NCBI GenBank assembly: GCA_028870995.1
Contig: JAGWOI010000011.1
Coordinates: forward strand, 5,373 to 69,372
Source of the DNA: Candidatus Omnitrophota bacterium
GTDB lineage: Bacteria; Omnitrophota; Gorgyraeia; Zapsychrales; Fredricksoniimonadaceae
Direction: 5' to 3'
Length of the DNA stretch: 64,000 nt
Shown: positions 47,162-55,198 of the stretch, in pieces
Numbering within the stretch: the first letter of the stretch is position 1
Layout of the letters: every line of letters starts with the position of its first letter
Translations under genes and position numbers: made by a program
Notes under the pieces: model-generated
What the model was told of the DNA's origin: nothing
The model's input: the letters and a program-made list of their open reading frames with translations, nothing else
The model's database searches: none

Positions 47162-47638
47162 TCATTTTGATGCTGGAATACATTTTAGCAGAATGATCGC
47201 AGCTCCGATAGTAATAGCGCTGTCTGCCACATTAAAAACAGGCCAGATGCGAAAATCAATGAAATCGATCACATATCCAAGAAGGATACGGTCGATCAAA
47301 TTGCCGATGGCCCCGCCCAGAATCAGAGAAAAAGCAATGATATAGGTGCGGGACAACTGGGGACTGTGGCGGTAATACGCCACATTGTAGATCAAAAGCC
47401 CGGTGAGGATAACGGGAACGATAATGAACACCGCCCCGCAGTCCCGGAAAAACCCGAAGGCGATGCCGGTATTATGCACCAGAGTGAAGCGCAGGACATG
47501 GGGCACGACGGACAAGGACTCGTTTAAACCCAAAAAATTAGAAAAAAAATGCTTGGTCAAACGGTCGACAAGGACGACGATTGAAACGCCCGATAAGAAA
47601 ATAATGATGTCCCACTGGGAACGGCGAGCCTCATGCAT
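47162..47638 (-). CDS. lspA: lipoprotein signal peptidase (signal peptidase II)
   Basis: LspA conserved boxes (FTLVHNTGIAFGF...NVADSAI), 158 aa. Confidence 0.88.
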   Translation of the reverse strand: MHEARRSQWDIIIFLSGVSIVVLVDRLTKHFFSNFLGLNESLSVVPHVLRFTLVHNTGIAFGFFRDCGAVFIIVPVILTGLLIYNVAYYRHSPQLSRTYIIAFSLILGGAIGNLIDRILLGYVIDFIDFRIWPVFNVADSAITIGAAIILLKCIPASK

Positions 47639-47648
47639 GGGATGGCTG

Positions 47649-48041
47649 CTAGCGTCTCTTTGATTCCATTAATTCCTGACACTTCAGACAGGTTTGGGTA
47701 TGCGGAATCGCTTTTAAACGGGTTGCCGGGATCGGTTTCTTGCACAATGAGCAATGGCCGTAATTGCCTTCGTCGATGCGGTTCAAGGCTTCATTGACCT
47801 GGTATAAAAGTTCACGGTCATTGGCCGCCAGGCCTAACGTGAATTCGCGGTCGTACATGTCGGTTGCCACATCCGCCATATGCAGGGCATGCCCGGAGAC
47901 GTCCCCGCCGCGGTCGTTGCCGCTGCCGTTGTTTTCATCGGAAAGTCCCCGGATATCGCCGGTGATCTGTTCCTTGATCTTGATGAGCAGCTTCTTATAT
48001 GGCTCTAATTTCGGGTTGGTTCTTTTTCTCTTTGTAGCCAT
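47649..48041 (-). CDS. DksA/TraR-family C4 zinc-finger protein
   Basis: C-terminal CSLCKKPI...CLKCQ four-Cys finger and an acidic coiled-coil-like N-terminal part. Confidence 0.7.
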   Translation of the reverse strand: MATKRKRTNPKLEPYKKLLIKIKEQITGDIRGLSDENNGSGNDRGGDVSGHALHMADVATDMYDREFTLGLAANDRELLYQVNEALNRIDEGNYGHCSLCKKPIPATRLKAIPHTQTCLKCQELMESKRR

Positions 48042-48079
48042 TCATACCTCCCTAAAGCCAAAGTATACTATATAAATTT

Positions 48080-50869
48080 TTATCCAACAATCTCGGTACA
48101 GCGCCCGCACAATAACGGGTGGCTGGCGGAGCCCCCCACATCCGTACGCCATTTCCAGCAACGGGCGCATTTGACGCCGTCCGCCTGCTGGATGGTGATG
48201 GCCTGCGGGCCCTCCCTGAATTCCATCTGTGATACGATACAAATCGATGCTAAATCGTTAAAAGAACCAAAGTACCGGAGACTGGCTTGGTCCGGCAATT
48301 GAACGATGACCTTGGCCTGGGAACTGCTGCCGATCTTGCCGGCCTTGCGTTCCTCATCCAGGGCTTTCATGACAAGGGCGCGTACATTAAAGACCCGCCC
48401 GTACTTTTCCGCAAGGGCCCCCGAGATCCATTGGGGATCGATGACCGGCCAGTTTAACACATGGACGCTCGCGGCCTTGGCCGCAGCCGGCTTGGGGCTG
48501 TATTCATAAACTTCCTCGGCGGTGAACGAAAGCACCGGCGCCAACATCCGGGTTAATGCATCGAGCATATAATAAAGAACTGTCTGGGCGCTTAATCTTT
48601 CCCTTGAAAAAGCGCGGTAAGTATACAGTCGGTCCTTGAGGATGTCAAGATAAATGCTCGATAGCTCTTCATTGCAAAAACTGTAAATGGTCTTAAACAC
48701 CTGGACAAAATCATACTTCTCGAAACCCGCATCCAGCGTCTGGATAATGACGGCCAAACGGTTCAGGGCCCACTGGTCAAGCTCCAGCAATTGCCCGTAG
48801 GCAAGAAGATTTTTATCGGGATCGAAGCCGTGCAGGTTGCTCAAAAGATAGCGCAGGGTGTTGCGGATCTTGCGGTAGGCATCCACCAGGCGGTCAACGA
48901 TCTCCTTGGAGATGCGCACGTCCTCGTTACAGGACGAGGACGCCACCCACAGGCGCAGGATCTCGGCGCCGTGGGCATCCATGATCTCCTGCGGCTTGAT
49001 GACATTGCCCAGGGACTTGGACATCTTGCGCCCCTCCCCGTCCACCACAAAACCGTGGGTCAACACCTGCCGGTAAGGCGCTTTATTATCAATGGCCACC
49101 GATGGGATAAGCGAAGACTGGAACCAGCCGCGGTGCTGGTCCGAACCTTCCAGATAAAGGTCGGCCGGCAGCGGGGCCTTGATCATTTCATGGAATACCG
49201 CCCGGTGGCTGACCCCGGAATCGAACCAGACATCAAGGATATCGCTGGTCTTTTGAAAATCATGCCCCCCGCAATCCGGGCATTTGAAGCCGGGCGGCAC
49301 CAGGTCTTTGGCTTCTTTCTGGAACCAGACATCACTTCCCTGCTTCCTGGCAAGGTCCGCCACATGCTCGATGACCTCGACAAAAAGTTTTTGTTTGCCG
49401 CCGCAGCCCGAACAAGTCAGGGCCGGGATCGGCACACCCCAGAGGCGCTGACGGGAAAGGCACCAATCCGGCCGGGTGGCCACCATGCTTAAAATACGCT
49501 CCCGGCCTGCCGCCGGTATCCATTCCACCTGGGACTCAATGGCCTTCTTTAACTCTTCGCGCAGGTTGCCATGACCGATGTTCAAAAACCACTGTTCCGT
49601 GGCGCGAAAAATGACCGGGTTCTTGCAGCGCCAGCAATGCGGATAAGAGTGCTGCAAGGGCTCGCTCGTAAACAATAGGCCCCTCTTTTTTAAATCCTCG
49701 ATAATGGGTTCATTGGCCTTAAAGACATGCTGCCCCGTAAACGGCGCTCCCTCGTCAGTAAAAACACCTTTGGAATTAACCGGCATCAAGACCGGCAGGT
49801 TATTACGCAAACCGGTTTGGAAGTCCTCCTGGCCGTGGCCCGGCGCGGTGTGGACTAAACCGGTACCGTCTTCCTTCGTAACATAATCTGCGAGAACCAC
49901 TGGGCAATGTTGTTTTCTGCCAAAAGGATGAACATACGTCAACTTTGCCAATTCAGAACCTTTAATACGCTTAAGTGAAGAATAATTCTCAAAACGATAA
50001 GCACCGGCCACTCTGTCTTTCAATAATTTATCTGCCCGACTTTCTTCAAGAATTAAAACATCTTTGCCTTGCTCCGCCACAACATAATAAAAATCTGCAT
50101 TAGCAGCCACAGCCACGTTGGCCAACAAAGTCCAGGGCGTTGTGGTCCAGATCAATAAAGAAGCTTTTTTATCTGATGGCAACCCTAAAATCTGAGAATT
50201 TTCTATTGGAAATTTTACATACACCGTCGGCGATGTATGGTCTTCATACTCCACTTCAGCCTCGGCCAAAGCGGTCTCGCAGCTAAAGCACCAGTTCACT
50301 GGTTTCAGACTGCGGTACACGTAACCTTTCTTCGTTAACTCGGCTAAAGATTTCAAAATCCAATATTCATAATGAGGGCTTAAGGTCAAATACGGGTCAT
50401 CCCACTGGCCAAAGATCCCTAAGCGCTTGAACTCATCGCGCTGGATGCCGACGAATTTCATGGCATAATCATGGGCTTTTTTGCGAAAGACCAGGGTATC
50501 AAAATCCGACTTGGAGGCTTTCAAATCTTTCAAAAGCTGGTGCTCGATGGGCAGGCCGTGGCAATCCCAGCCCGGCACATACAAGGCATCAAAGCCCTTC
50601 ATCGTCTTGTACTTGACGATCATGTCCTTGAGGATCTTGTTGAGGGCATGGCCGATATGGATATGGCCGTTGGCATACGGCGGCCCGTCGTGCAAAATAA
50701 AAGGTTTTTGGCCTTTGGCCTTTTGGCGAATCTGTTGATAGACCCCGTCCTTCTGCCAGCGCTCCAGCATCTGCGGCTCTTTTTGCACCAGCCCTGCCTT
50801 CATCGGGAAAGCCGTCTGCGGCAGGTTCAGACTTCTTTGGTAATCGATCTTATTTGATGTATTTTCCAA
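48080..50869 (-). CDS. ileS: isoleucine--tRNA ligase
   Basis: 929 aa with HIGH (PYANGHIHIGH), KMSKS (KMSKSLGN) and a C-terminal zinc-binding Cys cluster. Confidence 0.95.
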   Translation of the reverse strand: MENTSNKIDYQRSLNLPQTAFPMKAGLVQKEPQMLERWQKDGVYQQIRQKAKGQKPFILHDGPPYANGHIHIGHALNKILKDMIVKYKTMKGFDALYVPGWDCHGLPIEHQLLKDLKASKSDFDTLVFRKKAHDYAMKFVGIQRDEFKRLGIFGQWDDPYLTLSPHYEYWILKSLAELTKKGYVYRSLKPVNWCFSCETALAEAEVEYEDHTSPTVYVKFPIENSQILGLPSDKKASLLIWTTTPWTLLANVAVAANADFYYVVAEQGKDVLILEESRADKLLKDRVAGAYRFENYSSLKRIKGSELAKLTYVHPFGRKQHCPVVLADYVTKEDGTGLVHTAPGHGQEDFQTGLRNNLPVLMPVNSKGVFTDEGAPFTGQHVFKANEPIIEDLKKRGLLFTSEPLQHSYPHCWRCKNPVIFRATEQWFLNIGHGNLREELKKAIESQVEWIPAAGRERILSMVATRPDWCLSRQRLWGVPIPALTCSGCGGKQKLFVEVIEHVADLARKQGSDVWFQKEAKDLVPPGFKCPDCGGHDFQKTSDILDVWFDSGVSHRAVFHEMIKAPLPADLYLEGSDQHRGWFQSSLIPSVAIDNKAPYRQVLTHGFVVDGEGRKMSKSLGNVIKPQEIMDAHGAEILRLWVASSSCNEDVRISKEIVDRLVDAYRKIRNTLRYLLSNLHGFDPDKNLLAYGQLLELDQWALNRLAVIIQTLDAGFEKYDFVQVFKTIYSFCNEELSSIYLDILKDRLYTYRAFSRERLSAQTVLYYMLDALTRMLAPVLSFTAEEVYEYSPKPAAAKAASVHVLNWPVIDPQWISGALAEKYGRVFNVRALVMKALDEERKAGKIGSSSQAKVIVQLPDQASLRYFGSFNDLASICIVSQMEFREGPQAITIQQADGVKCARCWKWRTDVGGSASHPLLCGRCTEIVG

Positions 50870-51710
50870 CTAACAGCTCCAGCTCTTTTTTCTTGGCCGC
50901 CGGGATCACGGCCGGATTGGTCATGATAGCAAATTTCATGGCGCCTTCTGCACTAAAATTCTTTAATTTTCCCACCTCCACAATGGCGATCTTTAAAATG
51001 GCCTTGGCATTGGCCACGTTCTTGTTGAGATAACTGATGACCATGTCCAGGGTAACCGAATCATGCGATGGATGCCAGCAGTCATAATCCGTCACCGCGG
51101 CCAGCGTGGCGTAAGAGATTTCCGCCTCGCGGGCGAGTTTGGCCTCGGTCAAATTGGTCATGCCGATGATGTCCATGCCCCACTGGCGGTAGAGAAGGCT
51201 CTCTGCCTTGGTGGAAAATTGCGGGCCTTCCATGTTCACATAGGTGCCGCCGCGGTGGACCCTTACTTTAAGCTTGCGGGCGGCCTTCTCTAATATATCG
51301 GCAATCTCCTTGGAAATGGGATCGGCGAAAGACACATGGACCACAATGCCGCCGCCAAAAAAAGTGTCGATGCGGCCTTTGCGGGTGCGGTCCAGGAATT
51401 GGTCAGGGATAACGAAATCCATCGGCTTGTATTCCTGCCTGAGACTTCCACAGGCAGACACCGACATGATGGCCTTAACCCCCAGTTTCTTCATGCCGTA
51501 GATATTGGCGCGGTAATTGATCTCCGAGGGACTGATGCGGTGGCCGCGGCCGTGGCGCGGCAAAAAAATGACGGGAGTGCCTTCCAGCTCGCCGGTGATG
51601 AATTTATCGGAAGGGGCGCCAAAGGGTGTCTTGACCGCCACTTCCTTGACCTTCTTGATCCCTTCGATCTGGTATAACCCGCTGCCGCCGATGATGCCCA
51701 CTGTTGCCAT
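50850..51710 (-). CDS. mtnP: S-methyl-5'-thioadenosine phosphorylase (PNP family)
   Basis: MATVGIIGGSGLY... and MTAP family conservation, 286 aa. Confidence 0.82.
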   Translation of the reverse strand: MATVGIIGGSGLYQIEGIKKVKEVAVKTPFGAPSDKFITGELEGTPVIFLPRHGRGHRISPSEINYRANIYGMKKLGVKAIMSVSACGSLRQEYKPMDFVIPDQFLDRTRKGRIDTFFGGGIVVHVSFADPISKEIADILEKAARKLKVRVHRGGTYVNMEGPQFSTKAESLLYRQWGMDIIGMTNLTEAKLAREAEISYATLAAVTDYDCWHPSHDSVTLDMVISYLNKNVANAKAILKIAIVEVGKLKNFSAEGAMKFAIMTNPAVIPAAKKKELELLVGKYIK

Positions 51711-51721
51711 ACGTTTGCCCC

Positions 51722-52510
51722 CTATTTGGCCAATTCCCCGGCACGTTTCTTAGCAGCTGCCAATGCAGCTTCGACCAACCGGTCCAATTTCCCTTTAAAG
51801 AATACGTCGATCGCGGCCTGTGTCGTGCCGCCTTTGGATGTCACCTTAACGCGCAAGGTGGCGGCATCAAATTCACTTTTCTCCAATAAATGGGCGCTGC
51901 CGATAAGTGTCCGATAGACCAGCTGTTTGGCTTCGGCTTCTTTGAAGCCCAGTTTCCGTGCCGCCGCCACCCACTGCTCCACCAATAAAAAAACATAGGC
52001 CGGGCCGCTGCCGGAAACCGCGGTCAGGGCATCCATCATGGATTCCTTGACGATCACTGTTTGGCCGATGGTTTGCAGAATCCTTTGCGCCGTTTTTACG
52101 TCCGCGGCAGATGCGTATTTGCCGGCGCAGATGCCGGTGATCCCTTCGCCGATCATGGCCGGCATGTTGGGCATGCATCGGATCACGGAAATCTTGCGGC
52201 CAGGAAAATGTTTCTCAAAAAATTTAGTCGTCAAGCCTGCGGCAATGGAAATGATGGGCTTGCCCCAGGTGCAGGCCTTGATGCTTTCCAGAACGCCGGA
52301 CATATCTTGAGGCTTCACGGCCAAAATTAAAACACCGGCCTCTTTGACCGTGGTATCGGTATCCCCGATACTGAGACGGTATTTCTTTTTTAAATATCCG
52401 GCGCGCTGGGCGCTGGCCTCAACCACCATAAGGCGGTTATCCTTATAAAGCCCCTTGATCAGGGCCTCGCCCATGTTGCCGCCGCCGATAATGCCGATTG
52501 TCTTTTTCAT
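51722..52510 (-). CDS. proC: pyrroline-5-carboxylate reductase
   Basis: Rossmann GIIGGGNMGEAL and ProC C-terminal dimerisation domain. Confidence 0.85.
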   Translation of the reverse strand: MKKTIGIIGGGNMGEALIKGLYKDNRLMVVEASAQRAGYLKKKYRLSIGDTDTTVKEAGVLILAVKPQDMSGVLESIKACTWGKPIISIAAGLTTKFFEKHFPGRKISVIRCMPNMPAMIGEGITGICAGKYASAADVKTAQRILQTIGQTVIVKESMMDALTAVSGSGPAYVFLLVEQWVAAARKLGFKEAEAKQLVYRTLIGSAHLLEKSEFDAATLRVKVTSKGGTTQAAIDVFFKGKLDRLVEAALAAAKKRAGELAK

Positions 52511-52511
52511 A

Positions 52512-53228
52512 TCAAACCTCTTTGAAAATCGCGCTGCCCACGCGCACCATGGTGGAGCCTTCCTCGACCGCGATCTTGTAGTCGCCGCTCATGCCCATGG
52601 ACAAAATGCCCATATCAACCGCCGGATGCCCGCTGAAAGCGGCCTTGACCTCTTCCCTGATGAGACGCAGATCGGCAAACGTCTTGCGGACGATGCCCAA
52701 ATCGTCGGTATAAGGCGCCATGCACATGAGCCCCTTGATCCTGACTAAGGAAAATTTGGCGATGCCCTCGATCAGATTCTTGGCTTCAGCCGGATCGGCG
52801 CCGAATTTCTGCTCTTCACGGGCGGTATTGAATTGGACCAGAATATCAACCAGTTTGCCCGTCTTGGCGGCTTGTTTTTCGATCTCCTGGGCCAATTTTA
52901 AACTGTCCACGGACTGGATCAGGGAACAGACCCTGACGGCATCCTTGGCCTTATTGGTCTGCAAATGGCCGATCAGATGGGCCTTAACATGGGGGTTCTT
53001 TGCCAAAAGGGCCGGAAATTTATTCTCCGCCTCCTGCACCCGGTTTTCCGCAATATTTTGAATCCCGGCGTTGATGGCCTCCTGGATGGCATCCGGGCCG
53101 ATGGTTTTGGTAACGCCGACCAGCGTCACCTCCTGCGGGCTGCGGCCCGCCTGACGGCAGGCATTTTCAATCTCAGAAAAAACTTTTCGGACATTATCTT
53201 GAACCATAGCAAGCAAAGAGGTTAACAC
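52512..53228 (-). CDS. yggS: YggS-family PLP-binding homeostasis protein
   Basis: 238 aa alanine-racemase-N-like barrel with the conserved Lys context (LVGVTKT). Classic yggS-proC adjacency. Confidence 0.85.
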   Translation of the reverse strand: MLTSLLAMVQDNVRKVFSEIENACRQAGRSPQEVTLVGVTKTIGPDAIQEAINAGIQNIAENRVQEAENKFPALLAKNPHVKAHLIGHLQTNKAKDAVRVCSLIQSVDSLKLAQEIEKQAAKTGKLVDILVQFNTAREEQKFGADPAEAKNLIEGIAKFSLVRIKGLMCMAPYTDDLGIVRKTFADLRLIREEVKAAFSGHPAVDMGILSMGMSGDYKIAVEEGSTMVRVGSAIFKEV

Positions 53229-53324
53229 AAAACCTTAAGCAGGTCAACGTTCTGTTGGAGGCAAACCTGACATAAAACCATCGTTTTATCTTTATATGGC
53301 ACTGTGTATGTTATTATACAATAA

Positions 53325-54809
53325 ATGAAAAAAAATCTCTTCAGCAGCGCCTGGGATATTCCTCTGGGCCTCATGATTTGTTCTGTTGTTTTCGGCTATA
53401 TTTGTCTTCGCGCCTCCCTTATATCAATATCCCATGATGAAGCGCTGACCTACCTGATACATGTTCATAGCAGTTGGAAGGAAATATTGTTCCATCCACA
53501 ATATCCGGCCTCCAACAACCACCTGCTCAACACCTTATTCATCAAAATTTTGGTCCACTGGTTCGGCCCTTCCGTATTCGTCCTGCGCATCCCTGCCCTG
53601 GCAGGCTGCCTGTTATACATGGCCGCCGGCTTTAAAATCCTGCGCCTGTTTTCGAAAGGCCTGCCTTTTGTCGTAGGCCTTACCCTGCTGATAACCAACC
53701 CCTTGATGATGGACCTCTTTTCCTGCGCCCGCGGTTACTCTTTGGCTCTGGGAGTCTTCATGCTGGCGCTGTATTATTGTTTCAAAAGGTTTTCCAGTAA
53801 TGACCGATTTAATAAAAATAATTACGGCGCTATAGGCGCGTCCACCCTCTCCGCCCTCTCACAAATATCATTTGTTAACACTTATTTTGTCATCGCCTAC
53901 CTGCTCGCTTTTTTACAAATATGCCTCTTTTTAAAAGAGAAGGATTCTGAACCTTCTGGCAGAAATTCTCCCCTGCCCATCCTCATAGCCTTAATTTCAA
54001 GCAGCTTGGTCCTGGGGCTGGTCTACAGCCCCTTTGTCCTGGGCTTAATGGCGCTACCCCCTTATGGGGGCTATGACGGTTTTGTAAAAAATACGATTGC
54101 CAGCCTTGGCTTTGACATCTTCCAGAGAGGCAGCATGAATCCCATTGCCCTATCGGCCCTGGTTATTGGAATACTGTTGTGCATCCTTATGGCGCTTTGG
54201 GGTTTGATCAAGAGCGGTTCTAAAGGAAAATATTCCACCCATCATAAATTTTTGTTTTTAACAGCCTTGCTGCTGATCTACATTTCCGTACTTATTAAAT
54301 CGGAAGCGATCTTTATACAAATCCTTTATCCGGAAGGCAGGACCGCCCTCTATTTTCTCCCGCTGTTTTTCCTGTTTATCTTACTGTTGCCCGACAACTT
54401 CAACCGACTGACCGGCCCTTTGAATAAGACGGCCAACATAGCCTTTTATACCCTCTGTTCAGTCATTATCTTCCACGGCCTTTGCAGCATCAACTTGAAC
54501 AATTTCTATATTTGGGAATATGACGCCTGCACCAAGAAGGTCTTGACCTTCATCGGCCATGAAATGAAAGAGCACCCGAAAAAGAAATACACCATCGGCC
54601 TCAATTGGGTTCTTGAACCAAGCTCCAATTACTACATCATCTTCTGGAAAATGAAGCAACTAAAGCCGGCCAGCCGCAAAGGTCCTGACGGTGTTTACGA
54701 CTTTTATTATCTGCTTGCCTCCGACCTTGACATCCTTAAAAAATATAACCTGCGTGTCGTAAAATCTTATAAACTATCCGGCACTTTCTTGGCTGAACCA
54801 ATCCATTAA
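53325..54809 (+). CDS. GT-C-fold glycosyltransferase-like polytopic membrane protein (PMT/ArnT-like)
   Basis: 494 aa with 10 or more TM helices and a DE motif in the first extracytoplasmic loop (SISHDEALTY). Lower GC, about 45%, and one of the few plus-strand genes. Confidence 0.5.
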   Translation: MKKNLFSSAWDIPLGLMICSVVFGYICLRASLISISHDEALTYLIHVHSSWKEILFHPQYPASNNHLLNTLFIKILVHWFGPSVFVLRIPALAGCLLYMAAGFKILRLFSKGLPFVVGLTLLITNPLMMDLFSCARGYSLALGVFMLALYYCFKRFSSNDRFNKNNYGAIGASTLSALSQISFVNTYFVIAYLLAFLQICLFLKEKDSEPSGRNSPLPILIALISSSLVLGLVYSPFVLGLMALPPYGGYDGFVKNTIASLGFDIFQRGSMNPIALSALVIGILLCILMALWGLIKSGSKGKYSTHHKFLFLTALLLIYISVLIKSEAIFIQILYPEGRTALYFLPLFFLFILLLPDNFNRLTGPLNKTANIAFYTLCSVIIFHGLCSINLNNFYIWEYDACTKKVLTFIGHEMKEHPKKKYTIGLNWVLEPSSNYYIIFWKMKQLKPASRKGPDGVYDFYYLLASDLDILKKYNLRVVKSYKLSGTFLAEPIH

Positions 54810-54828
54810 TGCCTAATTAAAGCTGAAA

Positions 54829-55194
54829 TTACGGCTGGCCTATCACTTCGATGGCTTTATTGATGAGGTCTTGCAGCTTGAGGGGTTTGATAAGGTAGTC
54901 CTTGATGCGGTGGCGCCTGAACAGGGGTTCCATCTCGGCATAGGCCGTCAATACCACGACAGGGATATGTACATATTCCGGGATCTTGTCCTTTTCCATG
55001 ATAAAGGTGTAGCCGTTCATGTCCGCCATCTGGATGTCCAAAAAGATCAAATCCGGTATCTTGAACTTTAATGAGGCGAAGGCCTCATTGCCATTGCTGG
55101 CGGTGCGCACTTCGAAACCGGTTTCTTCCAGTTTACGCTTGCTGATTTCAACGACAACCGGCTCATCGTCAACGACCAGGATGGATTTGGGCAT
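54829..55194 (-). CDS. single-domain response regulator (CheY-like receiver)
   Basis: DD...D...T...K receiver signature (VVDDEP...FLDIQMADMNG...VVLTAY...K). Confidence 0.8.
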   Translation of the reverse strand: MPKSILVVDDEPVVVEISKRKLEETGFEVRTASNGNEAFASLKFKIPDLIFLDIQMADMNGYTFIMEKDKIPEYVHIPVVVLTAYAEMEPLFRRHRIKDYLIKPLKLQDLINKAIEVIGQP

Positions 55195-55198
55195 GCGG

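Noticed and set aside
48791-49492. 233-aa plus-strand ORF inside ileS
   Set aside because: Antisense shadow ORF inside a 929-aa, clearly conserved ileS.
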